From contig CAVXLD010000007.1 of NCBI GenBank assembly GCA_963762565.1, positions 160,001-224,000 on the forward strand: 64,000 nt of DNA, in the 5' to 3' direction. Of this stretch, positions 20,007 to 29,440 are shown in pieces. A program made the translations under genes and the position numbers. The number at the start of each line of letters is the position of its first letter. Position 1 is the first letter of the stretch. The notes beneath the pieces are model-generated. The model was not told the DNA's origin. It searched no databases and worked only from the letters and a program-made list of their open reading frames with translations. Origin of the DNA: an uncultured Verrucomicrobiae bacterium (lineage in GTDB: Bacteria; Verrucomicrobiota; Verrucomicrobiia; Chthoniobacterales; JAFAMB01).

Positions 20007-21416
20007 ATGAAAAGCGCGAATGACGTATCCAAGCCAACTCAAAGGCTTCGCTCTTTGGAGGGGTTCCACAGTACGGTTAGCGTTCCGCCGGGCTCCGCTC
20101 ATCCACTGCGCCAGTATCTCGCGTTCGCGGGTCCGGCTATGCTTGTCAGCGTGGGATACATGGATCCCGGAAACTGGTCCACAGACTTGAGTGCCGGAGC
20201 CGGGTTCAAATACGGCCTACTCTTTATCGTAGGTCTGGCGAGTCTTATGGCGATTTTCTTGCAGGTAATCTCCGCCAGACTCGGCGTCGTGACCGGCAAG
20301 GACTTGGCCCATTGTTGCCGGGACCATCTGCCAGGGTGGACGCGGTGGCCGAACTACCTCAGTTGCGAAATCGCCATCGCCGCCTGCGACCTAGCCGAGG
20401 TGCTGGGCAGCGCGGTCGCCATCCACCTCTTATTCCCGCGCATTTCGCTGCTCGCAGCGGTCATCATTACCGCCTGCGACGTGCTTCTGCTCCTCTCGCT
20501 GCAAAGGCTGGGAATGCGGTTGATTGAGGCAGTGATCGTCGTCTTGATTGGAACGATTGGCGTCTGCTATTTCGTCGAAATCTTCGTGCTACCGCAGACC
20601 ACCCCGAATCTGCTTGAAGTCGCTTCTGCGACCGTCGCCCCGAATCTGGGAGCTTTCTTTAAGAACAAAGACATGGTCTTTATCGCCATCGGCATCATAG
20701 GAGCCACGGTGATGCCCCACAATTTGTATCTGCATTCCGCACTCGTTCAATCGAGAAAACTGCAAGCTGACGATGCCTCGGTGCGCCGGGCGATTAAGTT
20801 CAATACAATCGATTCCGTCATCGCGCTGTCGCTGGCGTTTTTTGTGAATGCTGCCATTCTCGTGCTGGCGGCACTGATCTTTTTTGGGAAGGACAAGCTG
20901 ACACTACCCGGCGGCGAGGTGGTGGTGTTCGATAAGGATGCGGACTGGATACAGGTGGCTTACCTGACGTTGTCTCCGCTCCTCGGCGTGGCTGCGGCTA
21001 GCCTTCTTTTTGCCCTGGCGCTCTTGGCCAGCGGGCAGAGCAGCACGATCACGGGTACGCTGGCCGGGCAGGTGGTGATGGAGGGATTCATGGATTGGAA
21101 AATCCGCCCCTGGGTGCGCCGGTTGATTACCCGCTTGGCGGCCATTGTGCCAGCGATCTTACTCATCGGCGTGCGCGGTGACGGCGGTGTGAACGATCTG
21201 TTGAACCTAAGCCAGGTGGTCCTCGCCATCCAGTTGCCGCTCGCCATGTTTCCGCTGCTCTGGTTCACCGGTTCCCGGAAGCTCATGGGATCTCATCGCA
21301 ACGGACGCTTCCTCACGATCGCTGGCTGGACCTCGTGCCTGCTCATCACCGCGCTTGACATTTATGGTCTGCCGGGAGCGATTCATGACGCCATGGCTGT
21401 ATTCGCACCACGCTGA
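20007..21416 (+). CDS. mntH: Nramp-family divalent metal (Mn2+) transporter
   Basis: VGYMDPGNW, GATVMPHNLYLHS, SGQSSTITGTLAGQVVMEGF. Confidence 0.93.
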   Translation: MKSANDVSKPTQRLRSLEGFHSTVSVPPGSAHPLRQYLAFAGPAMLVSVGYMDPGNWSTDLSAGAGFKYGLLFIVGLASLMAIFLQVISARLGVVTGKDLAHCCRDHLPGWTRWPNYLSCEIAIAACDLAEVLGSAVAIHLLFPRISLLAAVIITACDVLLLLSLQRLGMRLIEAVIVVLIGTIGVCYFVEIFVLPQTTPNLLEVASATVAPNLGAFFKNKDMVFIAIGIIGATVMPHNLYLHSALVQSRKLQADDASVRRAIKFNTIDSVIALSLAFFVNAAILVLAALIFFGKDKLTLPGGEVVVFDKDADWIQVAYLTLSPLLGVAAASLLFALALLASGQSSTITGTLAGQVVMEGFMDWKIRPWVRRLITRLAAIVPAILLIGVRGDGGVNDLLNLSQVVLAIQLPLAMFPLLWFTGSRKLMGSHRNGRFLTIAGWTSCLLITALDIYGLPGAIHDAMAVFAPR

Positions 21417-21432
21417 AAGTTCTTAGAAGTCT

Positions 21433-21891
21433 ATGTACGAAAAAATTCTGGTTGCTCTGGATGCGACGGCCGCTGATCGGACAATTTTGGACCATGTCAC
21501 CAAACTCGCGCTCACCTTTGGAAGTTCGTTAGTGCTCCTGCACGTGGCTGATGGCTGGGCTGCGCGTTTGTTCGGCACTGACGCCGTTAGTGAAGAAATC
21601 CAGCAGGATAAAGCCTATCTGGAATCAGTCCGGTCCAAACTCGCTGCGGCGGGCATTCGGGTCGAAGCAGAACTCGCTTACGGTGAACCTGCGGATCAGA
21701 TCATTCGTTGGATCGAAAGCCGGGGCTGTGATCTCGTGGCGATGTCTACCCATGGCCACCGTTTCATCAGCGACCTGCTTTATGGCAGCACCGCGGATAA
21801 TGTGCGCCACCGTGTCAATGTACCAGTGCTGATGCTCAAAGCGATGAAAGCATCTGGCAGTCCAACTAACCCTATATCTACCCGTGCCTGA
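21433..21891 (+). CDS. Universal stress protein
   Basis: YEKILVALD, DLVAMSTHGH..YGSTADNVRH..PVL. Confidence 0.9.
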   Translation: MYEKILVALDATAADRTILDHVTKLALTFGSSLVLLHVADGWAARLFGTDAVSEEIQQDKAYLESVRSKLAAAGIRVEAELAYGEPADQIIRWIESRGCDLVAMSTHGHRFISDLLYGSTADNVRHRVNVPVLMLKAMKASGSPTNPISTRA

Positions 21892-21909
21892 CACCCCCCG
21901 CCGGACGCA

Positions 21910-22416
21910 GTGATGGCTGCGCTACTCTCTTCTTCTATGGCAAAGCTTAATCAGAGCAACACTCACTTGAAGCCTTCGAATTTCGAGGTCAAAGATCGCA
22001 GCCGCCGCCTTCGCGGCGACGAGCAATCCACCGAAACCGGAGAGGACTATCTGGCCTGCATATTTGCCTTGATCGAAGAGAAGGGATATGCGCGGGTCGC
22101 GGCTGTGGCCGAGTCTCTTTCAGTCGCCGAGCCAAGCGCTTCTGTTATGATCAAGCGCTTAGCGCAAAAGGGATATCTCAAGCACGAAAAGTATCGGGGA
22201 TTCACGCTGACGGAAACCGGTCATGCGATGGCTCGTGATGTTCACGCTCGGCGCCGAATATTGACCACTTTTCTGCAGTCTCTCGGGCTTCCAAAAGGTG
22301 TGATTCAACACGATGTCCATGGGTTGGAACACCATCTCAGCAAACAAACATTTGAGCAGTTAAGGTTATTTGTTCAAGCGCATGGAGTTCAGAATCCGTT
22401 TGATCAATCAAAATAA
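21910..22416 (+). CDS. DtxR/MntR-family metal-dependent regulator
   Basis: EDYLACIFAL, ARV..VAESLSV..PS.S.MIKRL, LEHHLS. Confidence 0.85.
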   Translation: MMAALLSSSMAKLNQSNTHLKPSNFEVKDRSRRLRGDEQSTETGEDYLACIFALIEEKGYARVAAVAESLSVAEPSASVMIKRLAQKGYLKHEKYRGFTLTETGHAMARDVHARRRILTTFLQSLGLPKGVIQHDVHGLEHHLSKQTFEQLRLFVQAHGVQNPFDQSK

Positions 22417-22538
22417 GCCGACGCTTCCTTAGGGCAGCGATCGCGGCTGTGACCCAATGAGATCTATCGCGCCAAAGGTGTGCCTCGATTGTTAGGCTCA
22501 ACAAAGAATCTTTCTTCAAGTTAAATACCTATAAAACT

Positions 22539-24809
22539 ATGCCGCCGCTTCTTATTCGTTTGATGAGCTCTCCTACTCAATCAGGCAATTCTCGTTGGAT
22601 CGGAAATTCATCATTTCGGTCAAATAACGGAATACGCTACTTCGTCGCGGTATGTGCGACCGCTGTTTTCGTTGGTCTCCTGGCAGATCCGACCTGCGCG
22701 CAGGACGCGTCACCATCTCCGACGCCAGAGAATACCCACTCCGCCGATCAGCAAGGCCCGAATAACCAGCCGAGTCCTCCCAGATCACTCCAAGAGGTTG
22801 TCGTAACGGGCCAGACCCCACAGCAGGATGGTATCACCCCGCAAATCTCGCCAGAATTGGGCGTCACCAGCTACACGGCTGGCCAAAGCCAAATTGCGAG
22901 CGCACCCGGCGGCGCTAGCGCACCTTTCCAACAAGTTCTGTTGCGTCTGCCAGGCGTGGTCCAGGATTCCTACGGAGAGATACACGTCAGAGGGGAACAT
23001 GGCTATGCTGAGTACCGTATCAACGGGGTGATGTTGCCAGAAGGTCTTGAAGGTTTTGGCCAGGAATTTGACTCTCATTTCATCCAGAGCGCCACACTTC
23101 TGACGGGCGCATTACCTGCCCAATTCGGCCTCCGCTTGTACGGCGTCGTCGATATCACCACTAAAACCGGGTCCGATCTAAACGGTGGCGAAGCAGGGGT
23201 GTACAGCGGCAGCTTTGATACCGTTCGCCCTTATATCGATTATGGAGGGAGCGACGGTAAGCTGGATTACTTTTTCAGCTTTAGCGAACTTCACAGCGAC
23301 CTCGGCATTGAAAATCCCACTCCGAGCACGCGAGCACTGCACGATTACACCAATCAGTTAAAGGGGTTCGGGAGCTTCAGTTACAAAATTAGCGACACGT
23401 CCAAGGTCATCCTCATTTTAAGCGCGTCTTACTCCGATTTTGAAATTCCGAACCGTCCGGGGCAAACCCCGCGATTTGATCTCGTTGGGGTAACACCTTT
23501 CCCGTCGTCAGAATTAAACGACAATCAAAATGAGCAGGATTATTTTGCTGTTCTAGCCCATCAGCTCACGCTCGGCGACTTCACCCTGCAAACGTCCTTA
23601 TTCGCCCACTATAATCGAATCCATTTTACGCCAGACGCTGAAGGTGACCTGATTTACGAGGGCGCTGCTGGATTAATTGACAACGTACTCCGCTCAGAGG
23701 GCGCGCAGATCGACGCAACCTATAGTCTGGACGAACATACCTTCGAATTCGGCACGGCTATTACCTTTGAAAGCTATGACCGTCACGATTCCACCCTGGT
23801 TTTTCCGGCTACTGCCAGCGGCGTGCAGACTAGCGATGTTCCTTTCAATATCAGTGACGTGGACAGCAAGAACGGCTTGCTCTTCAGCCTATATGCCCAG
23901 GATGCGTGGCACCTGACACGCCAATTAACTATTAACTACGGGCTACGCTACGACTTAAGTGAGGGCTATTCGTATGGCACCCAGTGGAGTCCGCGCATCA
24001 ACGCCGTCTATCAACTTAGCGATGCAACTACGTTCCACCTCGGTTACGCCCGCTATTTCACTCCTCCGGGACTCGAATTTATTTCGGCTCCCAACGTTGC
24101 CCATTTTGCCAATACCACCAACACACCAACCGTATTCACTCAAGATGCGCCCTACCCCGAACGGGCAAATTATTTCGACGCCGGCGTTCTTCACAAGGTT
24201 GGTTCGAACTTGAGTCTGACCGTCGATGCCTTTTATAAAGCGTCCACTGGAGGCCTCGATCTCGGACAGTTCGGCGATGCGGTGGTTCTCACGCCGTTCA
24301 ACTACAGTCATGGACACACCTATGGCATCGAAACTGGCGCAGAATTTAGCCAGGGACCGTGGCGGGCCAATCTCAACTTCTCTTATGTGCGCGCCATTGC
24401 GTTCGGCATAACATCGGCCCAATCTGAGTTCCCGGCTGATGAGTTAGCCTACATCGACACTCATCACATAATCCTGGACCATGACCAGCCGTTTACCGTC
24501 TCGGCCGACGTTTCCTACACATTCAACCGCAATCATACCCGGATTTTTGCCGATTTTCTTTTCGGAAGCGGCTTGCGCTACGGCTTCGCGAACGAGGGCA
24601 CTCTGCCAGTTCACTATCCGATCAGCCTAGGCATAGAACATACGATCCCGATCAATCGAGACGGAATCAAGGCGATCAGGCTGCGGCTTGATTGCACCAA
24701 TATCACCAACCAAAGGTTCATCTTGCGCGCAGGGAGCGGCGTGGGTATTGCCGAGCCGCAATATCTCCCGACTCGCGGCTTTTTTGGCACGTTTGCCTAT
24801 GAATTTTAA
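22539..24809 (+). CDS. TonB-dependent receptor
   Basis: TonB-box-like EVVVTG, plug (LPGV..HVRGEH..RINGV), barrel with NYGLRYD/SPR, terminal Phe; start uncertain. Confidence 0.88.
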   Translation: MPPLLIRLMSSPTQSGNSRWIGNSSFRSNNGIRYFVAVCATAVFVGLLADPTCAQDASPSPTPENTHSADQQGPNNQPSPPRSLQEVVVTGQTPQQDGITPQISPELGVTSYTAGQSQIASAPGGASAPFQQVLLRLPGVVQDSYGEIHVRGEHGYAEYRINGVMLPEGLEGFGQEFDSHFIQSATLLTGALPAQFGLRLYGVVDITTKTGSDLNGGEAGVYSGSFDTVRPYIDYGGSDGKLDYFFSFSELHSDLGIENPTPSTRALHDYTNQLKGFGSFSYKISDTSKVILILSASYSDFEIPNRPGQTPRFDLVGVTPFPSSELNDNQNEQDYFAVLAHQLTLGDFTLQTSLFAHYNRIHFTPDAEGDLIYEGAAGLIDNVLRSEGAQIDATYSLDEHTFEFGTAITFESYDRHDSTLVFPATASGVQTSDVPFNISDVDSKNGLLFSLYAQDAWHLTRQLTINYGLRYDLSEGYSYGTQWSPRINAVYQLSDATTFHLGYARYFTPPGLEFISAPNVAHFANTTNTPTVFTQDAPYPERANYFDAGVLHKVGSNLSLTVDAFYKASTGGLDLGQFGDAVVLTPFNYSHGHTYGIETGAEFSQGPWRANLNFSYVRAIAFGITSAQSEFPADELAYIDTHHIILDHDQPFTVSADVSYTFNRNHTRIFADFLFGSGLRYGFANEGTLPVHYPISLGIEHTIPINRDGIKAIRLRLDCTNITNQRFILRAGSGVGIAEPQYLPTRGFFGTFAYEF

Positions 24810-25399
24810 ATGCGCTCCGCCACCAGTCCCATTGAAATGAAAAACTTACTATCGATTATGCGAACTCTGGTACGGCTAACTAAAAGCTTTAAGCCTCGTT
24901 GGATCCTACCGATTATGGCCCTAATGATCAGACTATTCGTTTGCTAACTCGAGGCACTAGGGCTGAGCACTTCGATGGATAGCTCTTGGGGTTGCTGCTC
25001 TGCACCTCCTCCAAAAACACCACGTACTTCGCCGGGAGGCCCTCGTTTGCGCTGTAGGAGTCCTATAAGGAAGCCGTAATCTCTAGTCTCCCTAGGGGTA
25101 AGGCTGCGACTGTTTCAAGCGCGTCAAACATGTGACGCACATCCTCCGGCGACGCCCTGACAATATCCGAAAGCATCTTTTCACTCTCGGAATCATTGAT
25201 CGGTGCAGCCCGCCAAAGATCCAGCTACGGGTTACCATCGTTGGGAAACCTTTGAGGAAGCTCCGGAGCCTCGCCCTACAATCATGCCTGACCGATCCGG
25301 AGCCGGCTCATGGCCAACAAAGAAGTCTTCTCCAAAGACGGCCTCTCGGAATTCTACTTGAACTCCTGAACTCCTTGATCTCCTGTACTTCTTCTACTC

Positions 25400-25475
25400 G
25401 GCGCGTTCGTCTAGTCGGTTAGGACACGGCCCTCTCAAGGCCGGTGCACGGGTTCGAGTCCCGTACGCGCTGCCA
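25400..25475 (+). tRNA. tRNA-Glu, anticodon CTC, CCA encoded
   Basis: Cloverleaf: GGCGCGT/ACGCGCT acceptor, CGGCC-CTCTCAA-GGCCG anticodon arm, ACGGG-TTCGAGT-CCCGT T arm. Confidence 0.97.
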
Positions 25476-25542
25476 TTTCTAAGGAGTTCAAGGAGTCCGA
25501 GGAGTTACAGGAGTTCAGGAGGTGGTTCTCGGACCACGATCT

Positions 25543-25881
25543 CTAGGCTTCGGCGAGGACAGTCTTGGTGTTTTCGCGCTCCACAGTCAGGTTCACCGAT
25601 CGGGCGCCTGCTGGGCGGGTGCGATGAACCACGTTGGCCGGTACGGTTGCCATCTGGCCGGGTTCTAAATGGAGAACTTGGTCCTGCGTCTCTAGGACCA
25701 GGCCGCCTTCCATGACAATGAAGGTCTCATCAGAATTCGGATGCAGATGCCAAGGGTATCCGCTGGTCATTACGCTGATTCGAATCACGTGGTCATTGAG
25801 TGCCGTGACGGCTTCGTTGTGATAGCCGCTTTGGACTGGGTCTGTTTTATCGCGAGGATCAATCTTGCTAATGTTGCTCAT
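25543..25881 (-). CDS. Cupin domain protein
   Basis: WHLHPNSDETFIVMEG, L.PGQMATVPANVVH. Confidence 0.85.
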   Translation of the reverse strand: MSNISKIDPRDKTDPVQSGYHNEAVTALNDHVIRISVMTSGYPWHLHPNSDETFIVMEGGLVLETQDQVLHLEPGQMATVPANVVHRTRPAGARSVNLTVERENTKTVLAEA

Positions 25882-25900
25882 CGGGTAACCGTGACTCTGT

Positions 25901-26401
25901 ATGCTCCGCCAACCTGTTTTAAAAGGCCAGCTCATCGAACTGCGCCCCCTTCGATCCGAGGATTTTGATGAGCTTTTTGCGGTGGCGTCGGATCCGTTGA
26001 TTTGGGAGCAACATCCGCACAATACTCGCTATCAGGAAGATGTTTTCAGGAAGTTCTTTAGCGATGCGTTGGCTTCCGGCGGTGCGCTGATCGTGATCGA
26101 TTCTAAGACCGGCCGGGTGATTGGGTCGTCGCGCTATGCCGGCTATGACAAGGACAGGAGTCAAGTCGAGATCGGTTGGACCTTTCTGGCCAGGTCGCAT
26201 TGGGGCGGCGTTTATAACAGCGAGATGAAGCGGCTAATGTTGGATCACGCGTTTCAATTTGTGCACAACGTTATCTTCGTCATCGGCACGCAGAATCTTC
26301 GGTCGCAGAGAGCGGTTGAGAAACTTGGCGCAGTGCGAAACGGGTCTACGATCGATTCTGGCGGCGCGGATTGTTTTGTTTACCGGCTGACCCGGGAGTA
26401 A
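25901..26401 (+). CDS. GNAT (RimJ/RimL-like) acetyltransferase
   Basis: VEIGWTFLARSHWGG.YN.EMK.LML.HAF, NLRSQRAVEKLG. Confidence 0.88.
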   Translation: MLRQPVLKGQLIELRPLRSEDFDELFAVASDPLIWEQHPHNTRYQEDVFRKFFSDALASGGALIVIDSKTGRVIGSSRYAGYDKDRSQVEIGWTFLARSHWGGVYNSEMKRLMLDHAFQFVHNVIFVIGTQNLRSQRAVEKLGAVRNGSTIDSGGADCFVYRLTRE

Positions 26402-26476
26402 CGCCGAGATCGCCGGGAAAGCTGACATCGCCGGCAACGCCGGCAACGCTGGTATCGGCAGCCTCCACCTTGTCGT

Positions 26477-27010
26477 TTAGACTCGGACGCGCTTAGTAAG
26501 GCCGATATCGATTCCGCGGCGTAGATCGATCACCGCTTGAATTTCGGTGTCGCGGTCCAATTCCGGTTTGTCGTAGTGGTCGACCGATTTATACGAAGGT
26601 TGAGGCCGGTCCCAGGGGTAGTCGGGGAGAAGAGAAACGGCGCCGGCTTTGGCATAGATTTTGGCTTCGGGAATGAATTCTCCGCGGGTTCCGTTTCCCC
26701 AGTGCCCGAAGAGGATGGCGGCGAAAGGTCCCTTGCCCTTAGGCACGACGAGGTAGGCATCTACGAGGCCGCCTTTTGGACTGGCGTAGGTAATGTCATG
26801 AAGGGTGCAATCAGGAAATTCTTCGATAACCTTGTCCTGGATATCGAGCGGCAGCTGGTTGTCGTAATCAAACAAGTGGCTGAGCGATTGAAAATCGGGC
26901 GTTGTTTGAGCGGGCGCCGATGTGCCGAGCCAGGCCGGCGAGGGCGACAAGAGCAAGTAGCGTTCGCATGGGAAGCGTTGGGGTTTGGGAGGTGCGAACA
27001 AGTCTATCAA
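26477..27010 (-). pseudogene. Truncated alpha/beta hydrolase (acetylxylan esterase/S9-like)
   Basis: V.AYLVVPKGKGPFAAILFGH..DLRRGID then stops before any GxSxG nucleophile. Confidence 0.6.
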
Positions 27011-27135
27011 CGATCACAGCGGGCACAGCAAGCCATGGTAAACCGGTGGCTACCCCCTTCGAGCACGAGCACGATCGGGGACCTTTACGCTGATGAACTT
27101 GTCCAGGACATGATTCCCCACTAAGGTTCCAACCT

Positions 27136-28122
27136 GTGCCTGATTATCGTCCTGGTGAATTTAACGTAAACATCAACGTCCGATCCGCGATGTGGATCGT
27201 ACTTTCCTTGATCATCGTCTTCGTAGTGGCCGTCCTCGCGTTGACCTCGTATTACACGGTGGCAGCAGATTCGGAGGGGGTGGTTCTGCGCTTTGGGAAA
27301 TACATGAAAACCGTGCAACCAGGGCTGCATTTCAAGCTGCCGTTTGGAATCGATACGGTAGCGGTCATCCCGACCCGGCGGCAGTTGAAGCTCGAGTTCG
27401 GGTTCACGACGCCCGGTTATTTGTCTAACCCGATTCAGGCTAGCGAGGATCCTAACGAGGAAAAATCGATGGTTACCGGAGACCTGAATGCGGTTTTGGT
27501 GGAGTGGGTAGTGCAATATCGGATCGAGGATCCGAGCCAGTATCTTTTCGATGTGCGTAATCCGGGAGAAACCCTTCGCGACGTGTCTGAAGCGGCCATG
27601 CGAGAGGTGGTCGGGGACCGGACAGTGGATGAGGTCATCACGATTGGACGCCAAGATATCGAGACCGAGGCGCTGACCCGGATGCAGGAATTGGCCAAAC
27701 GGTATCATCTCGGGATTCGAGTGGATCAGGTGCAATTGAAGAATGTGAATCCGCCGGCGCAGGTACAGGCCTCATTCAACGAAGTAAACAAGGCGCAGCA
27801 AGACAAGCAGAACGCGATCAATATCGCTAACGGCGAATACAATAAAGTGATCCCGAGAGCGAAGGGTCAAGCGGACGAAACGATCCGGGCCGCAGAAGGT
27901 TACCGGTTCAAACGGGTTAACGAAGCAGAGGGCGATGTGGCTGCGTTCAGTGCCGTCTTGCAGCAGTATATTAAAGCGCCCGATATCACGCGCACCCGGC
28001 TTTACCTCGAAACTATGGAAGATGTGCTGCCGCAGACGGGCCCGAAAATCATCGTGGATGAGTCTTTACGGCAATTGCTTCCGATTCTGCCGCTGTCAAA
28101 GGGCGGGGAGGTGCACCCATAA
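27136..28122 (+). CDS. hflK: FtsH protease modulator HflK
   Basis: SPFH domain, GVVLRFGK, PGLHFKLPFGI, TRTRLYLETME. Confidence 0.92.
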   Translation: MPDYRPGEFNVNINVRSAMWIVLSLIIVFVVAVLALTSYYTVAADSEGVVLRFGKYMKTVQPGLHFKLPFGIDTVAVIPTRRQLKLEFGFTTPGYLSNPIQASEDPNEEKSMVTGDLNAVLVEWVVQYRIEDPSQYLFDVRNPGETLRDVSEAAMREVVGDRTVDEVITIGRQDIETEALTRMQELAKRYHLGIRVDQVQLKNVNPPAQVQASFNEVNKAQQDKQNAINIANGEYNKVIPRAKGQADETIRAAEGYRFKRVNEAEGDVAAFSAVLQQYIKAPDITRTRLYLETMEDVLPQTGPKIIVDESLRQLLPILPLSKGGEVHP

Positions 28123-29120
28123 TGAAAGTGAGAGCGACTCGTTTACTAGTGTTGATTCTGGCGGTGGTGTTTATCGTCGCCGTGGTGGTTTCTCTCTCGG
28201 TCTATACGGTTAATCAGACTGAGCAGGTGATCATTACCCAATTCGGCGAACCGGTCGGCGAGCCGATCACGGAGCCTGGGTTACATTTCAAAATGCCGTT
28301 CGTGCAAACCGTCAATACGCTGGATAAACGGTTTCTAGAATGGGATGGGGCGCCGGTCGCGATTCCGACCAGAGATAAAACCTATATTCATGTCGACACT
28401 TTCGCTCGTTGGCGAATTGAAGATCCCAAGACTTACTTTGTGCGGTTACATGATGAGCGGAGCGCGCAGTCGCGTCTGGAAGACATCCTGGGAAGTGAAA
28501 CCCGCAACTCGATCGCTAAACATGATCTGATCGAGATCGTGCGCACCGATAAGAATCGCGAGCCGGTCAAGGATGAAACTCTCAAAGGTGCAACCGGCGG
28601 AATTGGTGTTCTTCCTCCGATCCAATTTGGCCGACAGAAGATCGAAGTAGAGATCAGGACAGCAGCGGCGCAAAAGTTGTCGGAGTTCGGGATCACGGTG
28701 CTCGATTTCCGGATTAAGCGGGTGAATTACAACCCAGATGTGCTCGACCGGATTTATCAACGGATGATCAGTGAACGGCTACAGATTGCGCAACGATTCC
28801 GGTCTGAGGGTGAAGGAGAATCCGCGAGAATTGCCGGGCAGCGAGAACGCGACTTGAATGAGATCCAGTCTACCGCCTACCGGCAGGTCCAGCAGATCCG
28901 AGGAGAGTCTGACGCTAAAGCCAGTGAGATTTATGCTAAAGCCTATACCCAGGATTCGCAGGCGGCTGAGTTTTATACGTTTCTGAAGACGTTAGATACC
29001 TACCACAAAATTTTCACCAAAGATTCGACCATTATCCTGTCCACCGACAGTGAACTTTTTCAGTTGCTGAAACGGGCCGCGCCGAAGGCGGCGGCTTCGC
29101 CGACGCCGAGCTCGCCTTAG
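28122..29120 (+). CDS. hflC: FtsH protease modulator HflC
   Basis: ITQFGEP, PGLHFKMPF, RMISER..IA..FRSEG. Confidence 0.92.
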   Translation: MKVRATRLLVLILAVVFIVAVVVSLSVYTVNQTEQVIITQFGEPVGEPITEPGLHFKMPFVQTVNTLDKRFLEWDGAPVAIPTRDKTYIHVDTFARWRIEDPKTYFVRLHDERSAQSRLEDILGSETRNSIAKHDLIEIVRTDKNREPVKDETLKGATGGIGVLPPIQFGRQKIEVEIRTAAAQKLSEFGITVLDFRIKRVNYNPDVLDRIYQRMISERLQIAQRFRSEGEGESARIAGQRERDLNEIQSTAYRQVQQIRGESDAKASEIYAKAYTQDSQAAEFYTFLKTLDTYHKIFTKDSTIILSTDSELFQLLKRAAPKAAASPTPSSP

Positions 29121-29250
29121 GCGAGTTCGGAATAGAAAATAGCAAATAGCAAATAGCAAAGGGGCACTCGAGCTGCCCCGCGTCTGGTTAACGACCTATT
29201 TGCTATCTGCTATTTGCCATTTGTCATGCTGAACGAGCCTAAGCGAGTTC
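29108..29250. repeat. Composite inverted-repeat element A with TAGCAAA heptamer arms
   Basis: Ends CTCGCCTTAGG / GAACGAGCCTAAGCGAGTTC; internal inverted heptamer arrays. Confidence 0.75.
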
Positions 29251-29440
29251 AGCGCAGGCGGCTGTGCGTTTATTAATCTATTGCCGATTGTAGGCTCTTA
29301 TGAAATTCTGGGCGGTCGGTGCGTTGCAAGGAAGCGGGTTGGAAAGAGGTAAAATGGAACGCCGGCGTTGGACTGGTGGATAACGGATCCGCGGTCTTTT
29401 TTTTGCAAAACAAAAATGCTTCTCGAAGAGACAACCCGTT

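Larger units (their letters stand above)
15640..25465. mobile_element. tRNA-Glu-bounded island 2 (metal-acquisition cargo, hicAB remnants)
   Basis: Between truncated copy 2 and intact tRNA; contains several pseudogenes. Confidence 0.6.

Noticed and set aside
24837..24947. 36-aa ORF after the TonB-dependent receptor
   Set aside because: No supporting motif or clear ribosome-binding site
12033..25399. Integrase or transposase gene within the islands
   Set aside because: No tyrosine/serine recombinase or DDE/HUH motifs in any listed ORF
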